Origin: Candidatus Poribacteria bacterium
GTDB taxonomy: Bacteria > Poribacteria > WGA-4E > PCPOR2b
Assembly: GCA_965198175.1 (NCBI GenBank)
Contig: OZ240245.1
Span: 2,656,001 to 2,720,000 of the forward strand
Length of the DNA stretch: 64,000 nt
Direction: 5' to 3'
Position numbers and translations under genes: made by a program. This document shows positions 20,116 through 30,382 of this stretch, piece after piece. How positions within the stretch are numbered: position 1 is the stretch's first letter; each line of letters starts with the position of its first letter. The notes under the pieces are model-generated. The model made no database searches, had not been told where the DNA came from, and saw only the letters and a list, made by a program, of their open reading frames with translations.

Positions 20116-21903
20116 TTACCGGAAAATCAGTGTCGAATCTTCTCCACCACCAACTGGCAATGCGTGATTGGCTTCTGTGGTGAACAGCAAACGCACCTCC
20201 ATCTCCGGTTTCAGGTCGAACACCAGGATGCCGCGGTAATCGTCCTCGGAGTTGCGGACCCGGACGAATTCGCTTGCGTTGGTTTGGGGTGAACATTGGG
20301 CAAACTCGCGAGGGATGTGCCAGACAGCGAGCTTGTAGTTGGGGAACTCGCGGCCATTTTGTATCCGATAACGGACGTCAAAGCCTGCCTGGTCGATTCT
20401 CGTTTCCATGGTAATCTCCGGGTCGGGCACATCAGTTTCGGGGCGGCTACCGAACTCAGCCGTACGGCGGTGGTCGTCGTACGAGTACCAGAGCATTGGC
20501 TTGGGGCAGGCGTACTCGAAGCGACACTGGTGCACCGAATCTTCATAGTAAATCAACTCGCGAGAGGTCGGCTTGGCCCAAACCGCGGGACGGCGGGCAC
20601 GGATATCTTCAAGCGAATCATTGAAGGGCAAAACATCCCGGTAGGCATCCACACCCAAGTTGCACCACTCCGGGCTCCAGAATCGATCGTACCGCCAGTC
20701 GCGGGTGACCGACGAGAGTATCCGTCTAGGCTGAGGCTCCGGGTGTCTGCGCATGTAGTCGGCGATGTCGGTGCATCGAGCAAAGACAATCGGGTATTTC
20801 CTCGCATGCTCGAACGCGGTGTCATCGAGAAAGCTCTGGCAGAACTCTATCTCCTGTCCCTGCGTCCAATCCGAATCTGGCCACTGTTGCGTCCATTTGG
20901 GATAGCCGAACACGAAAAGCGTCGGGACAAAGACCGGCCCGGAACCGCTGTTCTCGGCGATGAGTACGTGCTCACGCGCTGCCAGGTCCGCGTGCGGTGC
21001 GGCGATTTGCCAGTTGCACATCGAGGCCGCCATGTGGAAATCCGGCGGGCCATGAAAGTGGAACCCGGCGCAGAAATCCATAATCATCCCCAGCGTCTGC
21101 GAAGGCCCTTCTGCGGGAGACAGGAACTCGCGATCGGCCATCCAGTAAGGGAACCATGGGGCGCCCCGGTGGGTTTCGGCCTCGGGGATGATGCCGTCAA
21201 CGACGTCGAAGCCGGCGCGGGCATACTCCTCCACGGCAGAGGGCAGGGCGGTCCAGTCATTGACGGCCCGGTCGACCCTGATTCCTGCCTTTCGCATTCG
21301 CTCCACCACGTCTCCAAGGTGCTCGCGCAAGGCGCGTATACCTTGGTTCTCGACAAGCGACTTCGCACCATAAAATCCGGGCATCAGGAGATCGGCGAAG
21401 ACATCCTGGTATACGAGGAGTTGTTCCAGGTCGCCGTTGCCGTGTTCCAGCGCCGGTTGCAGTCGATCCTCGTCGGTTGGAATGACCCAGTCGATGGGAA
21501 AGCCGCCATTCCGCATTCCGGCAACATGTTCTTTCAGACGAAGCGTACCATAACCCTCCATCCGGTAAACGAGATATTGCTCATCGACCGCTGCGAAATA
21601 GCGGTAGAAGGTTTTCTCCCCGAAGCGCACACGGGCGATATAGTTGCCCGGCCTCTCCGGCGTGTACTCCAGCTCGGCGTAGCAATCGTGAAAGGTAGGT
21701 TCGAGCGGAATGGATGGATTCCCGTCCAGCCACGCCAGCGGCACGCACGAGCGGCGCGCTTGGTCGGGGTCGCACTCCTCCAGGTAACGCGGAAAGATTG
21801 CGAAGTCCATGTCACTGGACATCGATGCATCACCGGTAAGCGTAAATCTGATTCGCTCCCCAACATCTGTCAGTCGGCGGTCCAGTTCAATCGTCCTTAC
21901 CAT
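20116..21903 (-). CDS. Uncharacterised protein (family X, member 3, divergent, GC-rich)
   Basis: IFPRYLE, FYRYFA, PWFPY, MDFCAGFHFHGP, FARCTDIADYMRRH, VFDLKP. GGAGG RBS before ATG 21903. Confidence 0.85.
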   Translation of the reverse strand: MVRTIELDRRLTDVGERIRFTLTGDASMSSDMDFAIFPRYLEECDPDQARRSCVPLAWLDGNPSIPLEPTFHDCYAELEYTPERPGNYIARVRFGEKTFYRYFAAVDEQYLVYRMEGYGTLRLKEHVAGMRNGGFPIDWVIPTDEDRLQPALEHGNGDLEQLLVYQDVFADLLMPGFYGAKSLVENQGIRALREHLGDVVERMRKAGIRVDRAVNDWTALPSAVEEYARAGFDVVDGIIPEAETHRGAPWFPYWMADREFLSPAEGPSQTLGMIMDFCAGFHFHGPPDFHMAASMCNWQIAAPHADLAAREHVLIAENSGSGPVFVPTLFVFGYPKWTQQWPDSDWTQGQEIEFCQSFLDDTAFEHARKYPIVFARCTDIADYMRRHPEPQPRRILSSVTRDWRYDRFWSPEWCNLGVDAYRDVLPFNDSLEDIRARRPAVWAKPTSRELIYYEDSVHQCRFEYACPKPMLWYSYDDHRRTAEFGSRPETDVPDPEITMETRIDQAGFDVRYRIQNGREFPNYKLAVWHIPREFAQCSPQTNASEFVRVRNSEDDYRGILVFDLKPEMEVRLLFTTEANHALPVGGGEDSTLIFR

Positions 21904-21982
21904 GTCTGTGTTGCCTCCATTGTTAGGAGATGAGTTTCTCGGCATCCTTGGGAAGGAGTCCCGTATTTCATCCAGACCGATG

Positions 21983-23746
21983 TCACGGGAGCTGTCCTTC
22001 TCCCTCTTTTGCGCTCAGAAATTGATTCGCCTTGACGCCTTCAAAACGTTCCACCAATCCGCTGGGCCATCGAATCTCCACCACGTCGGCTTGGGATGCC
22101 TCGCCTAGTCCGAAATGCAACCGCATGTCGCTCTGACAAAGGTAACTGGAGCCGCTTTTTACTTCCCGAATTTGTGAGATTCCTCCCGCGATGACTTTGA
22201 CACGGGCGCCAATCCCATCCCGATTACTCTGAGTCCCGATGGTCTTGAGAATCAGCCAGTGATTTGAATTCGCGCTGTCATTCCGAAGGAGGTCCGGCGT
22301 CTGATTGGAATTGGTGATTAAGATGTCAAGGTCGCCATCGTTATCATAATCGCCGAAAGCCGCGCCACGACTCACTTTCTTTAAGTGCAATCCGGTGCCA
22401 CATCCCTCGGCAATCTCATCGAAACCGTCGTCGCCTCGATTTCTGAAGACCTGATTTCGCTGGGCGTAAGTGCTGCTCTCATTGACGCCTCTGTTGATTT
22501 CTTCGGCGTTGTCGTGTACATGTCCGTTCGCTACGAAGAGGTCCAGATAACCATCGTTGTCTAGATCAACGAAATCGACACCCCAGGCGAGATAAGGCAG
22601 GCTCGGTTTCCCAAGACCGGCGGTATAAGTCGTATCCGCAAAAACCGGAGGAAGCCCGGTATTTTCCCCGATCCCGTCATTGTGATGGAGACTGTTTGGT
22701 TCATCCTGGAAGTTCGTCACAACGCGATCTAACCATCCGTCGTTATCATAATCGCCGAAGCTGATGCCCATTCCGCTTAATGGGGTGCCTCTGTCGCTAA
22801 AGGCAACCCCAACGAAAATCCCGACCTCCATAAACGTGCCATCCCCATTGTTCCGATAAAGTGTGTCAGGCGTCGTATCATTCGCTACCGCAAGGTCCGG
22901 ATAGCCGTCGTTGTCATAATCCGCCCAAACGACGCCCAGCCCTTTGCCATTTGAGTTAAAGAATCCCGCCTTCTGAGTGACGTCTGTAAACGTGCCATCG
23001 CCGTTATTCCGATAAAGCACATCCAGCGCCCCCATAAATTGTGCCGGCGGACAATAGGCGCGGAGCCCTCTCTCATAGCAGTCCGGATTGTTCTCCAATT
23101 GATACGCCACATAGTTGGCGACAAATAAGTCTATATCGCCATCGTTGTCATAATCGGCGAAAGCGGCGGAAGTTCCCCAGCGCGGATCGCCGACGCCAGC
23201 ATCAGAGGTTACATCGGTGAAGCTGCCGTCACCGTTGTTATGATACAGAAGATTTGCGCCGAAATTCGTGACATAAAGGTCGGAGAAGCCGTCGTTATCG
23301 TAATCACCAGCGCAGCAACCAAAACCATATCCCGCATCGCCGACGCCAGCATCAGAGGTCACATCGGTGAAGCTGCCATCGCCGTTGTTGCGATATAGTA
23401 GGTTGGTGGGCGGCACATCTGAGCGCATCTCCGGCAAATCCGCGCCGTTGACAAAATAAATGTCCAAATCTCCATCTTCGTCATAATCAAACCACGCGGC
23501 TCCGGAGCCAAGGGTCTCAACAAAATATTTCTCTCCGCTGCGGCCATCTGTGTGCTGAAAGTGTATGCCAGTCACCCGGCATGAGGAATCCACAAGCGGA
23601 ACTTGACCGGTGACTTCAGTGAAGTGGAATTGCGCGCACACTGGCAAGCCAGAAACCCAGAAGGCAAGCAAACCAATTGCGGGAAATATGAAACCTGCAT
23701 GGATTAACTTGCGTCCTTCCTTCCCTGTCCTCATTCCTTCCCTCAT
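21983..23746 (-). CDS. CRTAC1/ASPIC-UnbV family FG-GAP repeat protein
   Basis: Repeated DYDNDGDxD and LYRNNGDGTFTDVT; C-terminal SNRDGIGARV..LHFGLG..IRWPSG. Confidence 0.92.
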   Translation of the reverse strand: MREGMRTGKEGRKLIHAGFIFPAIGLLAFWVSGLPVCAQFHFTEVTGQVPLVDSSCRVTGIHFQHTDGRSGEKYFVETLGSGAAWFDYDEDGDLDIYFVNGADLPEMRSDVPPTNLLYRNNGDGSFTDVTSDAGVGDAGYGFGCCAGDYDNDGFSDLYVTNFGANLLYHNNGDGSFTDVTSDAGVGDPRWGTSAAFADYDNDGDIDLFVANYVAYQLENNPDCYERGLRAYCPPAQFMGALDVLYRNNGDGTFTDVTQKAGFFNSNGKGLGVVWADYDNDGYPDLAVANDTTPDTLYRNNGDGTFMEVGIFVGVAFSDRGTPLSGMGISFGDYDNDGWLDRVVTNFQDEPNSLHHNDGIGENTGLPPVFADTTYTAGLGKPSLPYLAWGVDFVDLDNDGYLDLFVANGHVHDNAEEINRGVNESSTYAQRNQVFRNRGDDGFDEIAEGCGTGLHLKKVSRGAAFGDYDNDGDLDILITNSNQTPDLLRNDSANSNHWLILKTIGTQSNRDGIGARVKVIAGGISQIREVKSGSSYLCQSDMRLHFGLGEASQADVVEIRWPSGLVERFEGVKANQFLSAKEGEGQLP

Positions 23747-25722
23747 TTCCTCGACGATCGCTCATTCCCCATGGCTTGTTGAACGGATTTGAGTCCTCGT
23801 TGGTAGAGCCGATTATCGGGTTGCAACATGAGTGCTTTTTTGATGGCGCCCTCTGCCTGCACATAATCTTTGTTGATGTAATACAGCCATGACAGGGTAT
23901 TGAGATAAGCCGCCGAGATGGGTTGAAGCTCCACGGCTTTCTCGGCAAGTTCCACCGCCTTGTTGATGTGACTGCCCGTCTGTCCGTATAGGTGTGCTAA
24001 CCGTTCATAAGCTCTGTGGAAGGAAGGCTGAATCTCGATAACTCTCTGATATGCTTTCTCTGCCAGCTCAAACTGATTCTGTTCACCATAGATTTTACCA
24101 AGGAAGTAATGCGCCTCAGCCATATCGGGTTGGACTTTTAGCGCAGCTTTATAGTGTTCGACAGCTTCATCGAGCCGGCCCTCCCTAATCGCAATGAAGC
24201 CCAGATTATAAAAGGCTTCGGCGAGCTCCGGTTTTTGCTTGAGTGCTTCCTGATAATGCCGAATAGCCTGTGGGAATTTCTCTTGACGCAAATAGATTTT
24301 GCCCAAATCTAGATGAATCCTGCTTCGCGGGATTTCGCCCAGTTTGACCTGCGGGTGATTCGACCGAATCGATAACAATTTTTTATAAGCCTTTTCAGCT
24401 TCCGCAAGACGAGCAAGTTTGGTGGCAATATTGCCCAGGTTCAGCAGGGCTTCTGGGAACTCGGGTTTCAATTCCGTTGCCTTGCGATACGCCGAAAAGG
24501 CTAATTCATAATCCCCCTCGCTTTGAGAAACTTCAGCCTCCTTCATCCGAATGAGTCCCACCCCCGCGTATGCTTCAGCCATCTGAGGTTTTAACTGGAT
24601 CGCCATCTCTTGAGCCTGGATTGCTTTCTCAAGTCGCCCTTGCATCGTATAAGCATAGCCGATTCCGTTGTGTGCCTCCGCGAGATTCGGGTTGTGCCAG
24701 AGTGCTTTCTTATACTCCTGAATCGCCACGTCGTATTTCTTCTCATTTAAGTACTGCCGGGCGAGGTTGGAAAGGACGGGGGCTTTGTCTTTGTTCAGCA
24801 TCAGGGCTAACCGCTGCTCCTGGAGTTGTTCCAGTAATTTGTTAAGTTGCTGAGATAGCGCTATCTCCTTTGCCGCTTCTGCCTGTTTGCCCTGTCTGAA
24901 ATACAATAACCCCAACTGATAGTGGGCGTGCCCCATCTGAGGTCTAATGCGAATGGCATGGCGGAATGCTTTCTCCGCCGCCTCCCATTCCTTTTTTTGA
25001 ACATGAACCAACCCAAGCTGAAAATACGCCTCCGCAAATTGGGGTTCTATGCGGATAACTTGATGGCAGTACTCGGCTGCCTTGTCAGAAAGACGGTGTT
25101 CGAACGAGATAAGGCTAAGATAGTATATTATACCGCCTTGCAGCATCGGAGCCACTTTATTCATCCATCCCTGGTTCTCTTTTTCGAAGATGGTCGGTGG
25201 TGCAAATCGACGGCGATACGATTTCGACAATGTCATCAGCGAAAGCGCATTCTCGAAAGCGACTTTAGCCTCATCATATTTGTATGTCCGAAAATAGGAC
25301 AATCCCAACTCCGCATACGCATCGCCCCAGTTGGGAAGCAAACCGACTGCACTCTGAAAAGAGGGAATTGATTTCTCAAATTTGCCCTGGAAGTAGTCGA
25401 TTCGTCCCAGCCAATAGTGTCCTTCAGCAGACTCCGCATCCAAACGGAGCACCTCCCGGAACGTCTCCGTGGCTTGTTCCATCGCATCCAGCGCCAGATA
25501 GGCGAAACCGAGATTCATATAGGCTTCTATCGACGTCGGATGTTCATCCACTGCCTTCTGGTATTTCGCCACGACCTGGCCGAAATCGAACCCTTCACGT
25601 CCCTGGCCTAGAGCCACCTGGCAAAGCCCCATCAAGATGACCAAAGTCAAAGCCACAACCTTACAACTGAAATATCTTCTGAGAGGCAACCAAATAACCG
25701 AGAACATGATTGACTTTCGCAT
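23743..25722 (-). CDS. Tetratricopeptide repeat protein (exported)
   Basis: Many TPR units (AEAYFQLG, AEAHNGIG) and a hydrophobic N-terminus; overlaps the downstream CRTAC1 gene by 4 bp. Confidence 0.9.
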   Translation of the reverse strand: MRKSIMFSVIWLPLRRYFSCKVVALTLVILMGLCQVALGQGREGFDFGQVVAKYQKAVDEHPTSIEAYMNLGFAYLALDAMEQATETFREVLRLDAESAEGHYWLGRIDYFQGKFEKSIPSFQSAVGLLPNWGDAYAELGLSYFRTYKYDEAKVAFENALSLMTLSKSYRRRFAPPTIFEKENQGWMNKVAPMLQGGIIYYLSLISFEHRLSDKAAEYCHQVIRIEPQFAEAYFQLGLVHVQKKEWEAAEKAFRHAIRIRPQMGHAHYQLGLLYFRQGKQAEAAKEIALSQQLNKLLEQLQEQRLALMLNKDKAPVLSNLARQYLNEKKYDVAIQEYKKALWHNPNLAEAHNGIGYAYTMQGRLEKAIQAQEMAIQLKPQMAEAYAGVGLIRMKEAEVSQSEGDYELAFSAYRKATELKPEFPEALLNLGNIATKLARLAEAEKAYKKLLSIRSNHPQVKLGEIPRSRIHLDLGKIYLRQEKFPQAIRHYQEALKQKPELAEAFYNLGFIAIREGRLDEAVEHYKAALKVQPDMAEAHYFLGKIYGEQNQFELAEKAYQRVIEIQPSFHRAYERLAHLYGQTGSHINKAVELAEKAVELQPISAAYLNTLSWLYYINKDYVQAEGAIKKALMLQPDNRLYQRGLKSVQQAMGNERSSRK

Positions 25723-25764
25723 AAAACAAAAATAACCCTACCTCAAAAGCATCGAGATAGGGTT
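25723..25764 (-). terminator. Intrinsic terminator-like hairpin directly upstream of the TPR start
   Basis: Minus strand AACCCTATCTCGA-TGCT-TTTGAGGTAGGGTT followed by ATTTTTGTTTT and then ATG. Confidence 0.6.
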
Positions 25765-25991
25765 GTCAACAGAACGACCTTCGAGGATCCCTTCGGCGAG
25801 TATCATGCTTCAATCGTATTGTCTAGCGGATTTGGTCGAGGAGTTTTCTTAGAGCGTTGCTGCACCACTGTTCTCCCAACTTTGTGCTTGACGCTGCCTG
25901 TGGGGAATGCTATAGTAAATCGTGTTTTTTATTGTATCAGTTTCTGGACATTTATTCAACAGGATTATGTGGCAAAAACGGTGTATTGAAG

Positions 25992-26017
25992 TGAAGTGAC
26001 CCCATTATTCTGGACAC
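25992..26017. mobile_element. Isolated IS3-family-like terminal inverted repeat
   Basis: TGAAGTGACCCCATTATTCTGGACAC resembles IS3-type ends (TG...GACCCC...TGGACA). No partner end or transposase found. Confidence 0.4.
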
Positions 26018-26396
26018 GAAATTTGCAATGTTAAGAAGGTATTTTTAGTTTTAACTTGCTGCTTGTGGTTTTTACTGTATGATTGGTTTCGGGAGTTGAT
26101 TCTATTTCAAATTTGTTATGCTGTAGCGAAACCCAACGTTTTTTCTGTCTATTGTTGTGAAGCGGTCAAGAAATGAGCATTCTCAACTTATTTTTTCAAA
26201 TGCTCACAAATGCTCAATGCCCGAAACCCGTATCCTGTCTAGCATTAAGCCCTATTTGGTACTTTTTTACATATACCAAATGCTCACATAATAAGTAGAT
26301 TTTGAAATTGTCAATTTCTGGTCTTTACACGGGCCGCTTTAATCGCAAAGCCCTCTGCCTTCCCAAGGGCTAAACTACTGGACATCAGCTAAAATT

Positions 26397-26428
26397 CTCC
26401 CCCTTGCCAAGGGGGAGCGAGAGGGGGT
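26397..26428. repeat. REP-like palindrome
   Basis: CTCCCCCTTGCCAAGGGGGAGCGAGAGGGGGT, same family as 921-951. Confidence 0.55.
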
Positions 26429-26459
26429 CAGGTACTTTTCACCTCAGAGAATCTAAAGA

Positions 26460-29400
26460 ATGAAAACATCCAAAGACAAAATCAAGACTGCCCTACAACG
26501 CTTCACCGATGGGAATCTCGCCGAAAACGCCCGACACCTCCTCAATGTCCTCGGCTACCACAGCCAAAGAATCATGGACCTGGAACCGAACACCGCCGAA
26601 GAGTTTCTCTCCGCTTTCAATCTTGATAACAAGATCAACGATAAACTGGCGTTGCTACAAGAATGGGAATCGGTTGACCTCCTGTTTCAACTAATGGGCG
26701 AACAAATCAGTGACAATGGACAAGTCGATATCGACTTCAGAGAGGTCGACATTGATAGGGAACGCGATAAATCCTACCTCTTTTTCGCCCTCAAGCTGTG
26801 CCAAAGCCACTACACGCGCACGCAACTCGCCCAAATCACCCGTGAAATTAACAAACCGTTCAAAATGCCGGTGATGATTCTTTTTCAACACGGGGATACG
26901 CTCACATTTGCGGTTATTGATAGCAGGTTGGATAAGCGCAAAAAAGACGAATTTGTCCTCGAAAAGACGACGCTCATTAAAGATATCAACTTCGCCAACC
27001 CGCACCGTGCGCATATCGACATCCTGTTCGACCTCTCAATCGCCGCACTGTATGAGAGGCACAAGTTCAAAGATTTCCGGCAACTTCATGAAGCGTGGAA
27101 AAAGACGCTTGATACTTCGGAACTCAACAAACGCTTCTACAGTGAGATTGCGGACTGGTATTTCTGGGCAGTGAATCAGGTGACTTTCCCAGAGGACGCG
27201 GAGGAAGATGTCGAGGTGCGTAATTCCACCAGCGTAATCCGTCTGATTACACGACTAATTTTCGTCTGGTTCATAAAGGAAAAGGGGCTGGTGTCCAATG
27301 ACCTCTTCGATCATGAGAAAGTCAGAGAATTCCTTGTTACCGCCGACCCGCAAGAGAGCACCTACTACAAAGCGATTCTCCAAAACCTGTTCTTCGCCAC
27401 ACTCAATCAGGAGATGAACACTGAACAAAAATCCAATAACCGCAAGTTCAGGAATCGGGCTAAGCAATCCGGCAGTCGCGATCAAAACTACATGGCGCAT
27501 TCCTTGTACCGCTATGAGGAATACTTCAAGGACAAAGAAAGAGCGCTCGACATTTTTGGTGGGATTCCCTTCCTTAACGGCGGTCTGTTCGAGTGTCTCG
27601 ACAAGGAGGACAAAGACGACCCTAAGAAGGTTCTACGTGTAGACGGCTTTTCCGACAATCGCAAAAACCCGGTGAATGTCCCCAACTTCCTGTTTTTTTC
27701 CGATGAACAGAGTGTTGACCTTAACGCCGCCTACGGCACACGCGGTAGGGGTTACAAGGTGCGCGGTCTAATCAAAATTCTCGACAGCTACAAATTCACC
27801 ATTGCTGAGAACACGCCGATTGAGGAGGAGGTCGCCCTCGACCCAGAGCTGCTCGGCAAAGTCTTTGAAAACCTGCTCGCTGCTTACAACCCCGAAACCG
27901 GCGCCTCCGCCCGCAAGCAGAGCGGCTCCTACTACACTCCCCGCGAGATTGTCAACTACATGACCGATGAATCACTGATCGCCTACCTGAAACACAAGTG
28001 TATCGCCTACCACGAATCCCAAACCGCTCCCTCTCCAACCGCGCCGCCTGCACAACTGGATCTCAGCGGTCGCGCAGAACCCGTACAAACACAGATTGAC
28101 ACGCAAAGACTGGCGTTGTCTGATGAGCAAAAAGACCGAATAGAGGCGAATCTCCGGAATCTGCTCGCCTATAACGATGAGCCGCACCGATTTAACGACG
28201 ATGAAACAGAGGCGCTGATAAACGCAGTTGACACGCTCAAAATACTTGACCCCGCCTGCGGTTCCGGCGCCTTCCCAATGGGAGTGCTGCACAAGCTGGT
28301 GTTCATGCTCGGCAAACTCGACCCGCGCAACCAGCAGTGGCGGCACCGGCAAATTGACAAAGTGAATCGCACCATTGAAACCGCGGAAAAGATTGACGAC
28401 AGCACGGTACGTGAGAATACCATCCGCGACATAGAGCGCGAAATTGACAATATCAATGAGGCGTTTGAACGGAATGAATTGGACTACGGGCGGAAACTCT
28501 ACTTGATCGAAAACTGCATTTACGGCGTGGACATTCAGCCCATCGCCGTGCAGATTGCCAAACTCCGCTTCTTTATTTCGCTCGTCGTGGATCAGAAGAT
28601 GGACGACTCACGGGAAAATCGCGGCGTTCGTCCGCTGCCGAATCTAGAAACCAAAGTTTGTGGCAGCAAACACACTGATTGATATCACTGGACAACGGAC
28701 GCTCCGAAGTTCAGAGATTCGGAAAAGAGAAGATGAACTGCAAGAGGTTCGGCGGAGACACTTCACGGCACGCACTCCAGGGACAAAAAAGCGCTATCGC
28801 GAGCGCGATGCAGAACTCCGTGCAGAAATTAGTGAAATACTAAGTGATTTAGGACTGTCAGGTGAGACAGCACGCGAAATTGCTGCTTGGGACCCCTATG
28901 ACCAGAATTCCGTCGCTCACTTTTTTAATCCGGAATGGATGTTCAGCATTATGGACGGATTTGAGGTCGTGATCGGCAATCCGCCGTATGTCCGTCAGGA
29001 GAAAATTAAAGCACTGAAACCGACGCTAAAAACCCTATACGACTGTTATTCTGGTGTAGCCGATCTCTACGTCTATTTCTATGAACAGGGCGTCAGGTTG
29101 CTTCGAAACAATGGAGTCTTGACCTACATTTCTTCGAATAAGTATTTCCGATCTACCTACGGCAAGAAACTTCGTGGTTTTCTCACCCGTCATTGTACTT
29201 TTTCCAATATCATTGACTTTGGTGCGGGGCGCGTATTTGCGGCAGGTGTAGATACAAGCATTATCACGATGTCCAAAGCCCCTTCCAATGAGAACCATCT
29301 AAGCGCTCTGAATTGGGAACTGGGGCAGTCCGTTGACGATTTTCGAACAGTTTTTCGTGCACAGGGATTCACTATGCCACAAAATGCCCTAACCGCTGGC

Positions 29401-30261
29401 GGTTGGCGGCTTGCATCACCCACGGCATTGAATCTGTTCGATAATCTCCGCAAAGGAGGTACACCGTTGGGTGAGTATGTCCAGGGGCGGTTATATATGG
29501 GTATCAAAACAGGATTGAATGAAGCCTATGTTGTGAACAACGAAACACGAAATAAACTCATTGCGGAACATCCATCCTCCACTCATGTGTTAGAGCCGTT
29601 TTTGCGTGGGCGTGATGTGAAACGCTGGGGGGTGAATTTTGCCGAGCAGTACCTCATCAAAATTGAATCGTCGGAAAACCGGGCGCATCCGTGGTCAGGT
29701 CAATCTCCGGTAGAAGCAGAAGAGGTCTTTGCCAATACTTATCCTGCCATCCACGCGCATTTTGAACCTTTTCGGGACCAACTGATTGACCGATACGATC
29801 AGGGTAAATACTTCTGGGAGTTACGAGCGTGTGCGTATTGGAAGATGTTTGAGCAAACAAAGATTGTTTATCCTGACCTATACCAACAGCAAAGTTTCAC
29901 AGTTGATACGACAGGTTTTTATTGTGGTAATACCTGCTATTTTCTACCCACAGCGAAAACTTGGCTATGTGGTTTATTCAATTCACAAGCTGTGGAGTGG
30001 TTTTATTCACTAGTCTCGAACAGATTGGGAGGGGCCGCACTTCGCGCATTTAGCGACTACATGAAGCAAATTCCCATCCCCAATGCCACGACAGCGCAGA
30101 AAACATCTATCAGTAACCTCGTGAATCAAATCATCGCCGCCAAACACACCGACCCAGACGTGGACATAAGTGCGCTTGAAAATGAGATCGATCAGATAGT
30201 ATACACTTTGTACAATCTAACTCCCGAAGAAATTGCGATTGTGGGGGAAAATACTGTCTGA
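26460..30261 (+). pseudogene. Type IIG/Eco57I-like N6-adenine methyltransferase with TaqI-like C-terminal TRD, split by one +1 frameshift
   Basis: IPFLNGGLF, GSYYTP, ILDPACGSGAF and IYGVDI in ORF 26460-28682; IGNPPYV, DLYVYF and TRD in ORF 28660-30261. Removing one A at 28653-28655 restores LPNLETKFVAANTL. Confidence 0.88.
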
Positions 30262-30371
30262 ATCACGGATTAAACAGATGAAGCGGATTGCGCAGATAAA
30301 ATGTGTATCAGCCTTTTCGCTGGTTTTAATCCGTGAAATCCTTTAATCCGTGGCAATCCGCGATTCAGACA
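30255..30371. repeat. 117-bp palindromic MITE/REPIN-like element
   Basis: 17-bp IR TGTCTGAATCACGGATT / AATCCGCGATTCAGACA (one mismatch) with internal AATCCGTG repeats; supplies the TGA stop of the MTase. Confidence 0.85.
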
Positions 30372-30382
30372 GAGAAAAGAAT

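Noticed and set aside
20296..21933. 545-aa plus-strand ORF and other long antisense ORFs (e.g. 11765-12580, 9805-10548)
   Set aside because: Shadow frames of genes on the opposite strand that have paralog support; no motifs of their own.
26460..27120. Confirmed restriction endonuclease domain at the MTase N-terminus
   Set aside because: No clear PD-(D/E)XK motif visible by eye; restriction activity cannot be claimed without a profile search.
30350..30382. GTG start of the TIR protein as given in the ORF track
   Set aside because: It lies inside the palindromic repeat; ATG 30383 directly precedes the TIR domain.
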